A stretch of DNA of 64,000 nt from an uncultured Ruminococcus sp. (lineage in GTDB: Bacteria; Bacillota; Clostridia; Oscillospirales; Ruminococcaceae): contig CAMWQI010000001.1 in the NCBI GenBank assembly GCA_947176345.1, positions 1,900 through 65,899 of the forward strand, in the 5' to 3' direction. The notes under the pieces are model-generated. The model saw nothing but the letters and a program-made list of their open reading frames with translations, searched no databases and was not told the DNA's origin. Position 1 is the stretch's first letter; every line of letters begins with the position of its first letter. Of this stretch, positions 36,555-46,073 are shown piece by piece. The position numbers and the translations under genes are program-made.

Positions 36555-38027
36555 ATGCGAAAAAGTTGCATATTGATGCACATATCAAGTCTGCCGTCCG
36601 AATACGGCATAGGCAAAATGGGAAGACACGCTTTTGAATTTGTGGACTTCCTGAAAAAAAGTAAAACAAAATGCTGGCAGATACTGCCGTTATCTCCGAC
36701 AAGTTATGGTGACTCACCATATCAGTCATTTTCGGTAAATGCCGGAAATCCCTATTTTATAGATTTTGAAATCCTTGAATCAGACGGATTACTTGAAAAA
36801 CATGAATATTCCTCATTTGACTGGGAAAGTTCCCCTGATAAAGTCGATTACAGCATTATCTATGACCATTGCTTTGATGTTCTGAGAATAGCACACTCAC
36901 GTTTCAAGCCGTCAAAATTTCCGGACTATAAGAAATTCTGTGATAAAAACAGGTCATGGCTTGAAGAATATGCTTTATTCATGGCACTAAAATTCAAGAA
37001 CGACGGAAAAGCATGGTATGAATGGGAGGAAGATATTTCACTGCACAAACCCAAAGCAGTGTCTGAAGCCAAAAAGTTCCTTAAAAAAGATATTAATTTC
37101 TTTAAATTCATACAGTTTGAGTTTAGCAGACAGTGGAAGGAATTAAAAAAATATGCCAACAGCAACGGCATTGAAATTATCGGTGATATTCCGATATACT
37201 GTGCTTTAGACAGCGTGGAGGCATGGGCTTCACCTAAGCTTTTCTGGCTTGATAAAAAGCATATGCCCGTATCGGTTGCAGGCTGTCCGCCTGATGATTT
37301 TTCACCGACAGGTCAGTTATGGGGAAATCCGCTCTATGATTGGAATTATCATAAAAAAAATGACTATTCATGGTGGATTAACCGCATAAAAAATGCCACT
37401 GAACTCTATGATATAGTCAGAATTGACCATTTCAGAGGATTTGAAAGTTATTATACTATTCCTTATGGTAGTGAGGACGCTACTGTGGGTGAATGGAAAA
37501 AAGGTCCTAATTATGAACTTTTCAGAATGGCTGAAGAAAAATTAGGAAAACTTAATATTATTGCTGAAGATTTAGGCTTTATTACATCGGAAGTCCGTCA
37601 ACTCCTTGATGACTGTGGCTATCCTGGAATGAAAGTATTGCAGTTTGGATTTGATAACGGCGAAAATGAACACTTACCGCATAATTTCGCAAATACAAAC
37701 TGTTTTGCTTATACCGGAACTCATGACAATGAAACACTTATAGGCTGGGTTGAGTCCATGTCACCGGAATCGCTTAAATTCGCTAAAAAATACCTGAATG
37801 TCAAAAAGAAAAAAGATATTCCGGAAGCTGTAATCCGCTGTGCATGGTCAAGCGTTGCAATGGTTGCAACGGCACAAATGCAGGATTTCCTTGACATCGG
37901 CAAGGACGGCAGAATGAATACACCGTCTGTCCTTGGCGGTAACTGGCAGTTCCGCACGAAAGAAAGTGATTTCACACCTAAACTGGCAAAGAAAATAAAA
38001 AAATTAAATAAATTATACAACAGATAA
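36555..38027 (+). CDS. malQ: 4-alpha-glucanotransferase (amylomaltase, GH77)
   Basis: ILMHISSLPSEYGIGKMG, GDIPIY, VRIDHFRGF and TGTHDN motifs. The ATG at 36555 follows AAAGGTGA. Confidence 0.9.
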   Translation: MRKSCILMHISSLPSEYGIGKMGRHAFEFVDFLKKSKTKCWQILPLSPTSYGDSPYQSFSVNAGNPYFIDFEILESDGLLEKHEYSSFDWESSPDKVDYSIIYDHCFDVLRIAHSRFKPSKFPDYKKFCDKNRSWLEEYALFMALKFKNDGKAWYEWEEDISLHKPKAVSEAKKFLKKDINFFKFIQFEFSRQWKELKKYANSNGIEIIGDIPIYCALDSVEAWASPKLFWLDKKHMPVSVAGCPPDDFSPTGQLWGNPLYDWNYHKKNDYSWWINRIKNATELYDIVRIDHFRGFESYYTIPYGSEDATVGEWKKGPNYELFRMAEEKLGKLNIIAEDLGFITSEVRQLLDDCGYPGMKVLQFGFDNGENEHLPHNFANTNCFAYTGTHDNETLIGWVESMSPESLKFAKKYLNVKKKKDIPEAVIRCAWSSVAMVATAQMQDFLDIGKDGRMNTPSVLGGNWQFRTKESDFTPKLAKKIKKLNKLYNR

Positions 38028-38050
38028 ATATATAATGGAGGAAAAAACCA

Positions 38051-40396
38051 ATGGATAAAAAAATTTTTATGGAAAAATTCACAGGCAGACTTCCTAAAGA
38101 TATAAAGTCCGCCACACCACAGGAAATTCATAACGCACTCGGCGATACTGTAATGGAACTTTATGCTGACCGCTGGAACGTAAGCCGTGAAGAACACCTC
38201 TCAAAGAGATGTGCCGCATATCTTTCTATGGAATTTCTTGTGGGACGTGCTGTATATAATAATCTTCTTTGTCTCGGAATTTATAATGATGTTCAGGAAG
38301 TTTTTTCCGAACTCGGCATATCTCTTGCAGATTTGGAAGTAATTGAAGACGCTGCACTTGGTAATGGTGGTCTCGGCAGACTTGCAGCGTGTTTCCTTGA
38401 CAGTGCCGCATCACTTTCATTGCCACTCGATGGATATGGCATACGATACAAATATGGACTTTTCAAGCAGTCTATCGTTGACGGCTATCAGTGTGAGGAC
38501 ATTGACGACTGGACTAAATATGGTGACTGCTGGTCAAAGAGATGCGAAGAAGATACGGTTTTAATCAATTACAACGGTCAGACAGTCAAAGCCGTTCCGT
38601 ATGATATGCCGGTTTTTGGCTGTAAAACCGAAAATGTCGGCACACTCCGTCTGTGGCAGGCTGAACCTGTCAAGGAATTTGATTTTGATACTTTCAATCG
38701 TCAGAATTATCTTGAAGCCTCTAAAGAAAAAATCTATGCAGAGGATATTTCACGTGTTCTGTACCCTAACGACGATACCAATGAGGGAAAGAAACTCCGT
38801 CTTAAACAGCAGTATTTCTTTAGCTGTGCGTCATTGACCGATATTCTTAAAAAGCACAAGGTACGTTATGGCACACTTGACAATCTTGCTGATTATATTT
38901 CCGTTCAGCTGAATGACACACACCCTGTAATTTCCATTCCGGAACTTATCAGACAGCTTGTTGACAATGAGGGTTATACATTCGATAAAGCTCTTGAAAT
39001 AGCTAAAAAAGTATTCAACTATACAAACCATACCGTTATGCAGGAGGCACTTGAAAAATGGTGGGTAGGTCTTGTTGAGGAAGTACTTCCGCGAATTTAT
39101 GCTATAATTATTCAGATTAATGAGGCTCTTATAGCTGAACTCTACAATAAGGGCGTTGAAAAGTCAAAAATCAATGAAATGAAAATTATCAAGGGTGAAC
39201 TCATTCACATGGCTGATATGGCTTGTTATGCATCAAGCCACATTAATGGTGTTGCAGAAATCCACACACAGATTTTAAAAGATACTGTTCTTTCAGACTG
39301 GTATAGTCTCTATCCGGAACGTTTCCGCAACGAAACAAACGGCATTACTCAAAGACGTTGGCTTGCACTCTGTAATATGGAACTTTCTGCACTTATCACT
39401 GAACTGCTTGGCACAGACGAATGGGTTGTAAACCTTGATATGTTGAAAGAACTTGAAAAATACGCCGATAATGAGGAAATTTTAAATAAATTCATTTCAA
39501 TAAAGCAGACAAAGAAAAATCAGCTTGCAGATTTCATAAAAGCCCATGACGGAATAGAAGTAAATCCGGAGTCAATTTTTGATATTCAGATTAAGAGACT
39601 TCACGAATACAAGAGACAGCTTCTAAATGCATTTTCTATTCTCTGGATTTATTACGGAATCAAGGACGGTACTATAAAGAACTTTATTCCTACAACTTTT
39701 ATTTTCGGTGCAAAATCCGCCCCTGGTTACAGACGTGCAAAGGCTATTATTAAATATATTAATGAAATAGCAAATATAGTATCTTCCGACCCTGAAACAA
39801 AAGATTTGCTTAAAGTTGTTTTCGTTCAGAATTATAACGTTTCCTATGCTGAAAAACTTGTTGCCGGTGCTGATATATCGGAACAGATTTCCACAGCCGG
39901 CACGGAGGCAAGCGGTACAGGAAACATGAAACTCATGCTGAATGGTGCTGTTACACTCGGAACTTATGACGGTGCTAATATTGAAATCGTTCAGGAGGCT
40001 GGTGAGGAAAATAACTATATCTTTGGTGCAAAGGTTGAGGAACTCGAAAAAATCGTACCTGAATACGACAGCAGAAAAGTCTTTGCAGAAAATCCAATGA
40101 TTAAGAAAGTTGTTTCGTCACTTATTGACGGTACTGTTTCCGACGGCGGAAGTGGTGATTTCCGTGAACTTTATACCTCACTGCTTGATGGTGCAAGCTG
40201 GCATACACCCGACCATTATTATCTGCTTGGTGACCTTGTAAGTTATGTTGAAACAAAGTTGAAGTCTAACAGTGACTATAGCTCCGACAGACTTGCTTTT
40301 GCAAAGAAACAGTGGCTCAATATGTGCAATGCCGGAAAATTCAGTTCCGACCGCACCATTGCCGACTATGCAGAAAATATCTGGAATATAAAGTAA
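38051..40396 (+). CDS. glgP: Glycogen/maltodextrin phosphorylase (GT35)
   Basis: 781 aa. LGNGGLGRLAACFLDS, and EASGTGNMKLMLNGA containing the PLP lysine motif. Confidence 0.93.
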   Translation: MDKKIFMEKFTGRLPKDIKSATPQEIHNALGDTVMELYADRWNVSREEHLSKRCAAYLSMEFLVGRAVYNNLLCLGIYNDVQEVFSELGISLADLEVIEDAALGNGGLGRLAACFLDSAASLSLPLDGYGIRYKYGLFKQSIVDGYQCEDIDDWTKYGDCWSKRCEEDTVLINYNGQTVKAVPYDMPVFGCKTENVGTLRLWQAEPVKEFDFDTFNRQNYLEASKEKIYAEDISRVLYPNDDTNEGKKLRLKQQYFFSCASLTDILKKHKVRYGTLDNLADYISVQLNDTHPVISIPELIRQLVDNEGYTFDKALEIAKKVFNYTNHTVMQEALEKWWVGLVEEVLPRIYAIIIQINEALIAELYNKGVEKSKINEMKIIKGELIHMADMACYASSHINGVAEIHTQILKDTVLSDWYSLYPERFRNETNGITQRRWLALCNMELSALITELLGTDEWVVNLDMLKELEKYADNEEILNKFISIKQTKKNQLADFIKAHDGIEVNPESIFDIQIKRLHEYKRQLLNAFSILWIYYGIKDGTIKNFIPTTFIFGAKSAPGYRRAKAIIKYINEIANIVSSDPETKDLLKVVFVQNYNVSYAEKLVAGADISEQISTAGTEASGTGNMKLMLNGAVTLGTYDGANIEIVQEAGEENNYIFGAKVEELEKIVPEYDSRKVFAENPMIKKVVSSLIDGTVSDGGSGDFRELYTSLLDGASWHTPDHYYLLGDLVSYVETKLKSNSDYSSDRLAFAKKQWLNMCNAGKFSSDRTIADYAENIWNIK

Positions 40397-40402
40397 TATA
40401 TA

Positions 40403-40433
40403 ACCGCAGTCTTTTACAGACTGCGGTATTTTA
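40403..40433 (+). terminator. Intrinsic terminator after glgP
   Basis: Perfect 10-bp stem ACCGCAGTCT/AGACTGCGGT, 5-nt loop, ATTTT tail. Confidence 0.75.
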
Positions 40434-40625
40434 ATATATTGTATAATATGTAAATTTATAGATATATAACATTTGTATATAATACGCTTGTTATCAGACA
40501 ATATTTTAGGTAATATGTAAAAATTTTCCAGAAAGTCTTTTAATTGTGTTGCTTTTGTGATATAATATTATTCAAATCAGAAAAGATAATATATTTTTTC
40601 GGGTAATAAAGAAAAAGGGGTTATT

Positions 40626-42464
40626 ATGGACATAAAAATAATTACAATGTCGGTTATTGTCGGATTAAGTACTGTTACGGCTATCGGCATGAATACAACA
40701 GAAAATTTTAATACAATGGCTGAAAATAATGTTGGCTGGACTCTTGGTGACGTGAACAATGACGGCTGGGTTAATGCTGTGGACTCATCTATTGTACTTA
40801 TGGAATATTCAAATCTTTCAACACATGGTGGAACTTTCACTGAAGAACAGAAAAAAGTTGCCGACGTAAACGGCGATGGCTGGATTAATGCTGTAGATGC
40901 GTCAAATATCCTTTCATATTATGCATATTGTTCCACTGGAGGTACTATTTCTTTTTCAGAATGGATGAAAAATCCGGAAGAAATCACTACAACTACTACC
41001 ACTATAGCAACAACTGTTACGACATCTACAACCGTTTCAGGTTATGTAGTATCTACTGATAATTCGTCATCTTCAACACAAACTACATCTACTGTATCGT
41101 CAGTTGAAACAACAACTACTACAACTTCAACAGTGCAGAAAATCTCTGAAATAAAACTTACAAAATACGATATTAACCTTAAAGTCGGGGAAAAAGATAT
41201 ATCATATGTCACAATGTTACCTGAAAGTGTAGCCAATAAGGACGAAATATGGACAAGTTCCGACGAAAAAGTAGCTACAGTAGATAAGTGGGGAAATATT
41301 ACCGGAATAGCAGACGGTAAGTGTATAGTTACAGTCACAAGCGTTGACAATCCGGAAGTAAAAGCTGATATAAAGGTTACTGTCGGAGAACCCTCCACAG
41401 AAAACAAGATAACTGAAATAAAACTTTCAAAAACTGAAATGAATTTGGAAGTCGGAAAAAAAGATATATCATATGTCACCATGATTCCCGACAATGTAGA
41501 AAATAAAGATGAAATCTGGACAAGTTCAGATGAAAAGATTGCTACAGTGGATAGGTGGGGAAATGTTACAGCAGTTTCAGACGGCACTTGCACTATTACA
41601 GTAACAAGTGTTGATAATCCGAAAGTAAAAGCTGATATAAAGGTTACTGTCGGCAAACCGTCCACCACGGAAAACAAGATAACTGAAATAAAACTTTCAA
41701 AAACTGAAATGAATTTAAACATAGGCGAAAAAGATATATCATACGTTACTATGCTCCCCGAAAGTGTAGCAAATAAAGATGAAATATGGACAAGTTCCGA
41801 TGAAAAAATAGCTACAGTCGATAAGTGGGGAAATGTTACAGCTGTTTCAGCCGGTACTTGTACTGTTACTGTCACAAGCGTTGATAATTCGGAAGTAAAA
41901 GCCGATATAAAAGTTACTATCAAGGAAAAATCAGATTTTCAGCAGTTAAACGGTCTTACATATATAAACGGTATTCTCATAGCGAATAAAAGTTATTCTC
42001 TACCGTCAACATATGACCCTGGAATGGACATTACCACTATAAAGCAGTTTGGTGAACTTTCCAACGCTGCTGCAAAAGACGGCATAAATATATATCTTTC
42101 GTCGGGTTACCGTTCATATTCGTATCAGAATACAATTTACAATAATTATGTTTCATGGTACGGAAAAGCTTCAGCAGATACTTTTTCAGCACGTGCCGGA
42201 CATTCTGAACATCAGACGGGACTTGCAATAGACGTGAACACAATTGATGATTCATTCGCAGATACTCCGGAGGCTGAATGGCTTGAAAAACACGCCCATG
42301 AATACGGTTTTATAATCCGTTATCCGAAAGGCAAGGAAAGTATTACCGGATATAAGTATGAGCCATGGCATATACGCTATTTAGGCGTGGAAAAGGCTAC
42401 TGATGTATATAATAGTGGTCTTACTTTAGAAGAATATTTAGGCATTGATTCATATTATCATTAA
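40626..42464 (+). CDS. Secreted protein: N-terminal dockerin, Thr/Ser linker, 3x Big_2-like Ig repeats, C-terminal VanY/M15B D-Ala-D-Ala carboxypeptidase
   Basis: Signal peptide. Dockerin repeats GDVNNDGWVNAVDSS and DVNGDGWINAVDAS. Three 90-aa repeats. VanY motifs SGYRSYSYQ, HSEHQTGLAIDV, EPWHIRYLG. Confidence 0.85.
   Translation: MDIKIITMSVIVGLSTVTAIGMNTTENFNTMAENNVGWTLGDVNNDGWVNAVDSSIVLMEYSNLSTHGGTFTEEQKKVADVNGDGWINAVDASNILSYYAYCSTGGTISFSEWMKNPEEITTTTTTIATTVTTSTTVSGYVVSTDNSSSSTQTTSTVSSVETTTTTTSTVQKISEIKLTKYDINLKVGEKDISYVTMLPESVANKDEIWTSSDEKVATVDKWGNITGIADGKCIVTVTSVDNPEVKADIKVTVGEPSTENKITEIKLSKTEMNLEVGKKDISYVTMIPDNVENKDEIWTSSDEKIATVDRWGNVTAVSDGTCTITVTSVDNPKVKADIKVTVGKPSTTENKITEIKLSKTEMNLNIGEKDISYVTMLPESVANKDEIWTSSDEKIATVDKWGNVTAVSAGTCTVTVTSVDNSEVKADIKVTIKEKSDFQQLNGLTYINGILIANKSYSLPSTYDPGMDITTIKQFGELSNAAAKDGINIYLSSGYRSYSYQNTIYNNYVSWYGKASADTFSARAGHSEHQTGLAIDVNTIDDSFADTPEAEWLEKHAHEYGFIIRYPKGKESITGYKYEPWHIRYLGVEKATDVYNSGLTLEEYLGIDSYYH
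41133..41930 (+). repeat. Three tandem 270-bp coding repeats (Ig-like modules)
   Basis: Repeat units start at 41133, 41403 and 41673 (period exactly 270 bp). There are long stretches of near-identical DNA, e.g. AACAAGATAACTGAAATAAAACTTTCAAAAACTGAAATGAATTT in units 2 and 3. Confidence 0.9.
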
Positions 42465-42472
42465 ATTAAAAT

Positions 42473-42510
42473 ACGGGAACTGTTTTTTATGCAGTTCCCG
42501 TAATATTTTT
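42473..42510. terminator. Bidirectional terminator hairpin (convergent genes)
   Basis: Perfect 10-bp stem ACGGGAACTG/CAGTTCCCGT with a T-rich loop. AT/T-rich flanks on both sides. Confidence 0.7.
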
Positions 42511-43705
42511 ACTGGATTTTTTCCACAGTATAGCCCATTTCAGCAAGGAGGTCATCAACGCCTCTGTCGCCGGCATAGTGTGCCGAACCTACCATGAAAA
42601 GATAATTTTTTCCGTCTTTCAGAAATTCGGAGGCTTTTTCAGCCATGCCCTGATTTCTGTTGTAAAGCATAATGTCCATATAATCGTTGTAATCATCTAC
42701 GAGGTCTTCCGGCAGTTCATCTATTTCATCTAATTCATCGTCAAGCATAGGGTCAACATCTCCTACAGCCCATAAGTTATAGAGTTCAGCAAGTTCTTCA
42801 GCATAATCGTCTATTTCGTCCATATCGTCTAACATTTTATTTATTACAAAGTCCACAAGTTCATCACTCATACCACTGATAGCGTCCGCCTGAATATCAA
42901 GTGTTTCAATGCTTATGACTTCTTTTCCGTCGTTCTGTGCCTCTTCAATGGCTTGAGCATCAATGCCCTCTGTGCTGAGATTTTCAAGACGGAGTATCAT
43001 AGCACTTTCAAGCTGATTATACCAGTAGCCAGCGGAATACTGGTCTAAAAGTTCACTGTAAGCCCCTATACTCTCAAAATATGCTTTAGCTTTCTGGTAT
43101 GTTTCATCTGAAATATGGTCGGTAATGGTTGTGCCGTCATCATAGACAAATTTTTCCTGAAAAGCCATTAAAGCCCTTATATCGCTTGTAAGTTTACTTG
43201 TGTCGTATTCAACTGCAATACCGTCGGAATTTTCATAAATATCTCTTATATAATCGGGGAAACCATCAAAATCAGACGGCAGAACATGGATAGTACCCAT
43301 TATATACAATTCATTTTGTGTTTCAGGGTCTGTGACTTTCCATAACGGCGGATTTATTGTTGTGGCTGTAATATATTCATTTATATCAGCGGTTGTGCCG
43401 TATGCGGAAACATTTCCGGTATTGGATTTTGTTTCTTTTTCCGGTTCTGTTTCGTCTACAACATCAGATTCAGTTTTCAACTGCGTTTCTTCTTCCGGCT
43501 GTGTTTCTTCTGTAGTTTCCTGTTCAGTTTCGTCCGGAGTTTCTTTTTCCGGAGTTTCAGCCTGTTGTGTATCGGGTTCTGTTTCGATTTCGGATACTGA
43601 AGAGTCTGAATTTTCCGTTGATGTTTCTTCCGTATCACCACACGAAACAGCGGTTACGCAAAGAAAAGCGGTTAGGAATGCACATAAAATTTTTTTAGTT
43701 TTCAT
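42509..43705 (-). CDS. TraB/GumN-family lipoprotein with acidic low-complexity N-terminal region
   Basis: Lipobox VTAVSCG. Glu/Thr/Pro-rich spacer. MGTIHVLP and FMVGSAHYAGDRGVDDLL motifs of the TraB/GumN family. Confidence 0.8.
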   Translation of the reverse strand: MKTKKILCAFLTAFLCVTAVSCGDTEETSTENSDSSVSEIETEPDTQQAETPEKETPDETEQETTEETQPEEETQLKTESDVVDETEPEKETKSNTGNVSAYGTTADINEYITATTINPPLWKVTDPETQNELYIMGTIHVLPSDFDGFPDYIRDIYENSDGIAVEYDTSKLTSDIRALMAFQEKFVYDDGTTITDHISDETYQKAKAYFESIGAYSELLDQYSAGYWYNQLESAMILRLENLSTEGIDAQAIEEAQNDGKEVISIETLDIQADAISGMSDELVDFVINKMLDDMDEIDDYAEELAELYNLWAVGDVDPMLDDELDEIDELPEDLVDDYNDYMDIMLYNRNQGMAEKASEFLKDGKNYLFMVGSAHYAGDRGVDDLLAEMGYTVEKIQ

Positions 43706-43743
43706 TTTGTTTGCCTTTCTTAAATTAAAATTTTACAGATAAG

Positions 43744-43772
43744 ATTATAACATATTTTTTTTATTTTGTCAA
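43744..43772 (-). promoter_or_regulatory. Sigma-A promoter for the TraB/GumN gene
   Basis: Minus strand TTGACA (43772-43767), 17 nt, TATAAT (43749-43744). It abuts the cdaR stop codon. Confidence 0.6.
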
Positions 43773-45125
43773 CTATTCGGAAACAGTAGTGGTAGTTGTT
43801 GTCGAAACTGTCATTTCTTCCGCTGAAGTAGTAGTTTCCTTAGGTGTTCTCTGAATAGATACTTTATAGTCGGTAATTGCCCATACATCAGGATATTTAG
43901 GAAATGAGAATATGACATCATAAGTAAACTGGTCTTCCGTTATATTGGAATTAAGTAAATTTACATCAGCTACTATGTCATTAGGAGTAATTTTTTCTAT
44001 AGTTTCGGCATCACCGGCTATTTCAAGATTAATATTTTGCGTGATAACTTTGTAATCATATTCATCAGGTGCATTGCTTATATTCACACGGCTCTGGTCA
44101 ATAGTAATCTCTCTTTTTGAAATATTTTCAGAGTTCATTGTGACGGTTATGCTTTTTGTATCGGACATATTTATGCAGTTTTTATCTTCAAGTGTTTGGT
44201 CTATATTGAAAGTCTTTGAATAATCAGGCGTTATGGCACTAAGGTATATTTTTCCTATTTCCAGCTTATCCGGAATTTCGGTCTGACTGTTCTTTGAGGC
44301 AATTTTTATTTTATTTGTTGACATCTGTAAATTAAGTGAGTTCTGGTCAAAAGTTGCCGGAGCGTTTACAATCTGAACATATACACCAACTTCCTTTACC
44401 GTAAGAACGGGAATATTTATAAGGAAACTGGTAGTATCAAAACTTACTGATGACTGGTCAATAATTGTATTGTCCTCCGAAAAAAGCTGTATTTCGTCAC
44501 TGCTAAGTACGTGTGAGGAATCAAGGGTCATTTCGCGGTTTGAGACAGCGTATACAGTACTTATTTTTTTAATCTGTGACGAAGGACCTGTAATTGTAAC
44601 TATATTAGGCTCACATGAAAATTCATTAGGGTTCAGGGTTTTGTTTTTGTCAAAAGTCACATTAGGGATTTTTGGCTGTACCGGAAACTGTACAGATTCG
44701 TATTTATCAAAAACCACCTCAGCGGTTGCTGGCTTGATTGAATCAACTTCAAATTCTATGCCGTTTGTGCTTTTCACCTTTATAGGAAGATTTTTTCTGC
44801 CGGTTGTGTATATATTGTCTGTATCGACATATGCGGTAAGTGTATCGCTATCAATATTGGCTATTTGTGTACGGCTACCTATCACCTTTACTTTTACATT
44901 CTGAACATCACACGAAATGACACTTAATGTGCTGTCTGATGTGGCTGTACTTCCTATAGCTAAATCAAGAGTTACTTTTTCTATGGTTTTCGGCACTGAC
45001 GGATAAAGAGTCAATGACACAATAAACCATACAAGTATTGCTATAAATACAGAATATATGGCGAGTGAAAAATTTGTCTGACTTTTCCGGCGGAAAATTT
45101 CACGTATGGTATCAGGAATTTTCAT
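43773..45125 (-). CDS. cdaR: YbbR-domain protein (CdaA regulator CdaR-like)
   Basis: 450 aa. N-terminal TM helix, repeated beta-rich YbbR-like units. Overlaps the cdaA stop (ATGA), the canonical cdaA-cdaR arrangement. Confidence 0.8.
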   Translation of the reverse strand: MKIPDTIREIFRRKSQTNFSLAIYSVFIAILVWFIVSLTLYPSVPKTIEKVTLDLAIGSTATSDSTLSVISCDVQNVKVKVIGSRTQIANIDSDTLTAYVDTDNIYTTGRKNLPIKVKSTNGIEFEVDSIKPATAEVVFDKYESVQFPVQPKIPNVTFDKNKTLNPNEFSCEPNIVTITGPSSQIKKISTVYAVSNREMTLDSSHVLSSDEIQLFSEDNTIIDQSSVSFDTTSFLINIPVLTVKEVGVYVQIVNAPATFDQNSLNLQMSTNKIKIASKNSQTEIPDKLEIGKIYLSAITPDYSKTFNIDQTLEDKNCINMSDTKSITVTMNSENISKREITIDQSRVNISNAPDEYDYKVITQNINLEIAGDAETIEKITPNDIVADVNLLNSNITEDQFTYDVIFSFPKYPDVWAITDYKVSIQRTPKETTTSAEEMTVSTTTTTTVSE

Positions 45126-45985
45126 TTGTCCGTCTTGCTCCTTTCACCGTCTGCTGAATTTTTAGAGTTTTGTTTTTCGTCGGTTACTTCCTTATAGAGA
45201 AGTCTTTTAAGTTTTTCACGGGTATAGTCACGGGTGAGAACACCATTCATAGCAACAGAAATCTGTCCAGTTTCCTCTGAAACGACAATAATTACAGCGT
45301 CGGAATTTTCACTCATACCGATAGCAGCTCTATGCCGTGAACCAAGTTTTTTGTTTATTATAGCATCATTCTGTGGTTTAGGGAGGAAACACGCTGCTGC
45401 TAATATAATGCCATCACGCATAATAACCGCACCATCATGGAGTGGAGTTTTAGGGTAGAAAATGTTTCCGAAAACCTCTTTACTGGGAGTTGCATTCATT
45501 ATAGTTCCTGTTTCAATCTGTTCACCTAAACGTACCTGTCTCTCCACGACTATCAAAGCACCGGTACACGTTGCGGAGAGTTCCACGCATGAATCACATA
45601 TGGCATCAATAGCCGTTTCCCATTTTTTAGTGAGTGTATCAGAACCTTGTCCGAAACCGAAACTAAGTATATCGAATTTTGTACGCCCGAATTTTTCCAA
45701 TGCACGCCTTAATTCAGGCTGGAAAAGTATAATCATGGCAATAAGTCCTATATCAAGTGCAGATTTAAGAAGATACTCTATTATTTTTAACTCAAAGAAT
45801 TTGCTAAAAAAATATCCGGCAACAAGAAACAGAATACCCTTTACAAGCTGACCAGCACGGGTTTCGCGGATAAGTTTAAGGGCTATATAGATTATGTAGG
45901 CAAGAATGGCAACGTCAATAAAATCTTTGAACTCCAGTGTGCTGAGAATACTGAAAAATGCATCTTTTATATCATGAAAGTTCAT
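45122..45985 (-). CDS. cdaA: Diadenylate cyclase (membrane-anchored, DisA_N/DAC domain)
   Basis: Three N-terminal TM helices. DGAVIM, RHRAAIG and VIIVVSEETG motifs. The ATG at 45985 lies 7 nt after GGAGG. Confidence 0.9.
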   Translation of the reverse strand: MNFHDIKDAFFSILSTLEFKDFIDVAILAYIIYIALKLIRETRAGQLVKGILFLVAGYFFSKFFELKIIEYLLKSALDIGLIAMIILFQPELRRALEKFGRTKFDILSFGFGQGSDTLTKKWETAIDAICDSCVELSATCTGALIVVERQVRLGEQIETGTIMNATPSKEVFGNIFYPKTPLHDGAVIMRDGIILAAACFLPKPQNDAIINKKLGSRHRAAIGMSENSDAVIIVVSEETGQISVAMNGVLTRDYTREKLKRLLYKEVTDEKQNSKNSADGERSKTDK

Positions 45986-46073
45986 CTGCACACCTCCTTT
46001 TGTTATGTAAAGAGGGCATAGCCCTCTGTTTTTTTCTGTATGTGCATACCTATATTATTATTGTACCACAAAT

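Noticed and set aside
41042-41923. 293-aa minus-strand ORF antisense to the Ig-like repeats
   Set aside because: It is an artefact of the three tandem repeats lacking antisense stops. Its translation is itself a threefold repeat of low-complexity Ser/Thr/Val/Phe sequence with no start context.
46011-46035. Hairpin AGAGGGC-ATA-GCCCTCT followed by T7 on the plus strand, between two minus-strand genes (looks like a plus-oriented terminator)
   Set aside because: No plus-strand gene ends here. On the minus strand the hairpin lacks a U-tract. It could be an mRNA-stabilising or antisense-blocking hairpin, but I cannot support a specific call.
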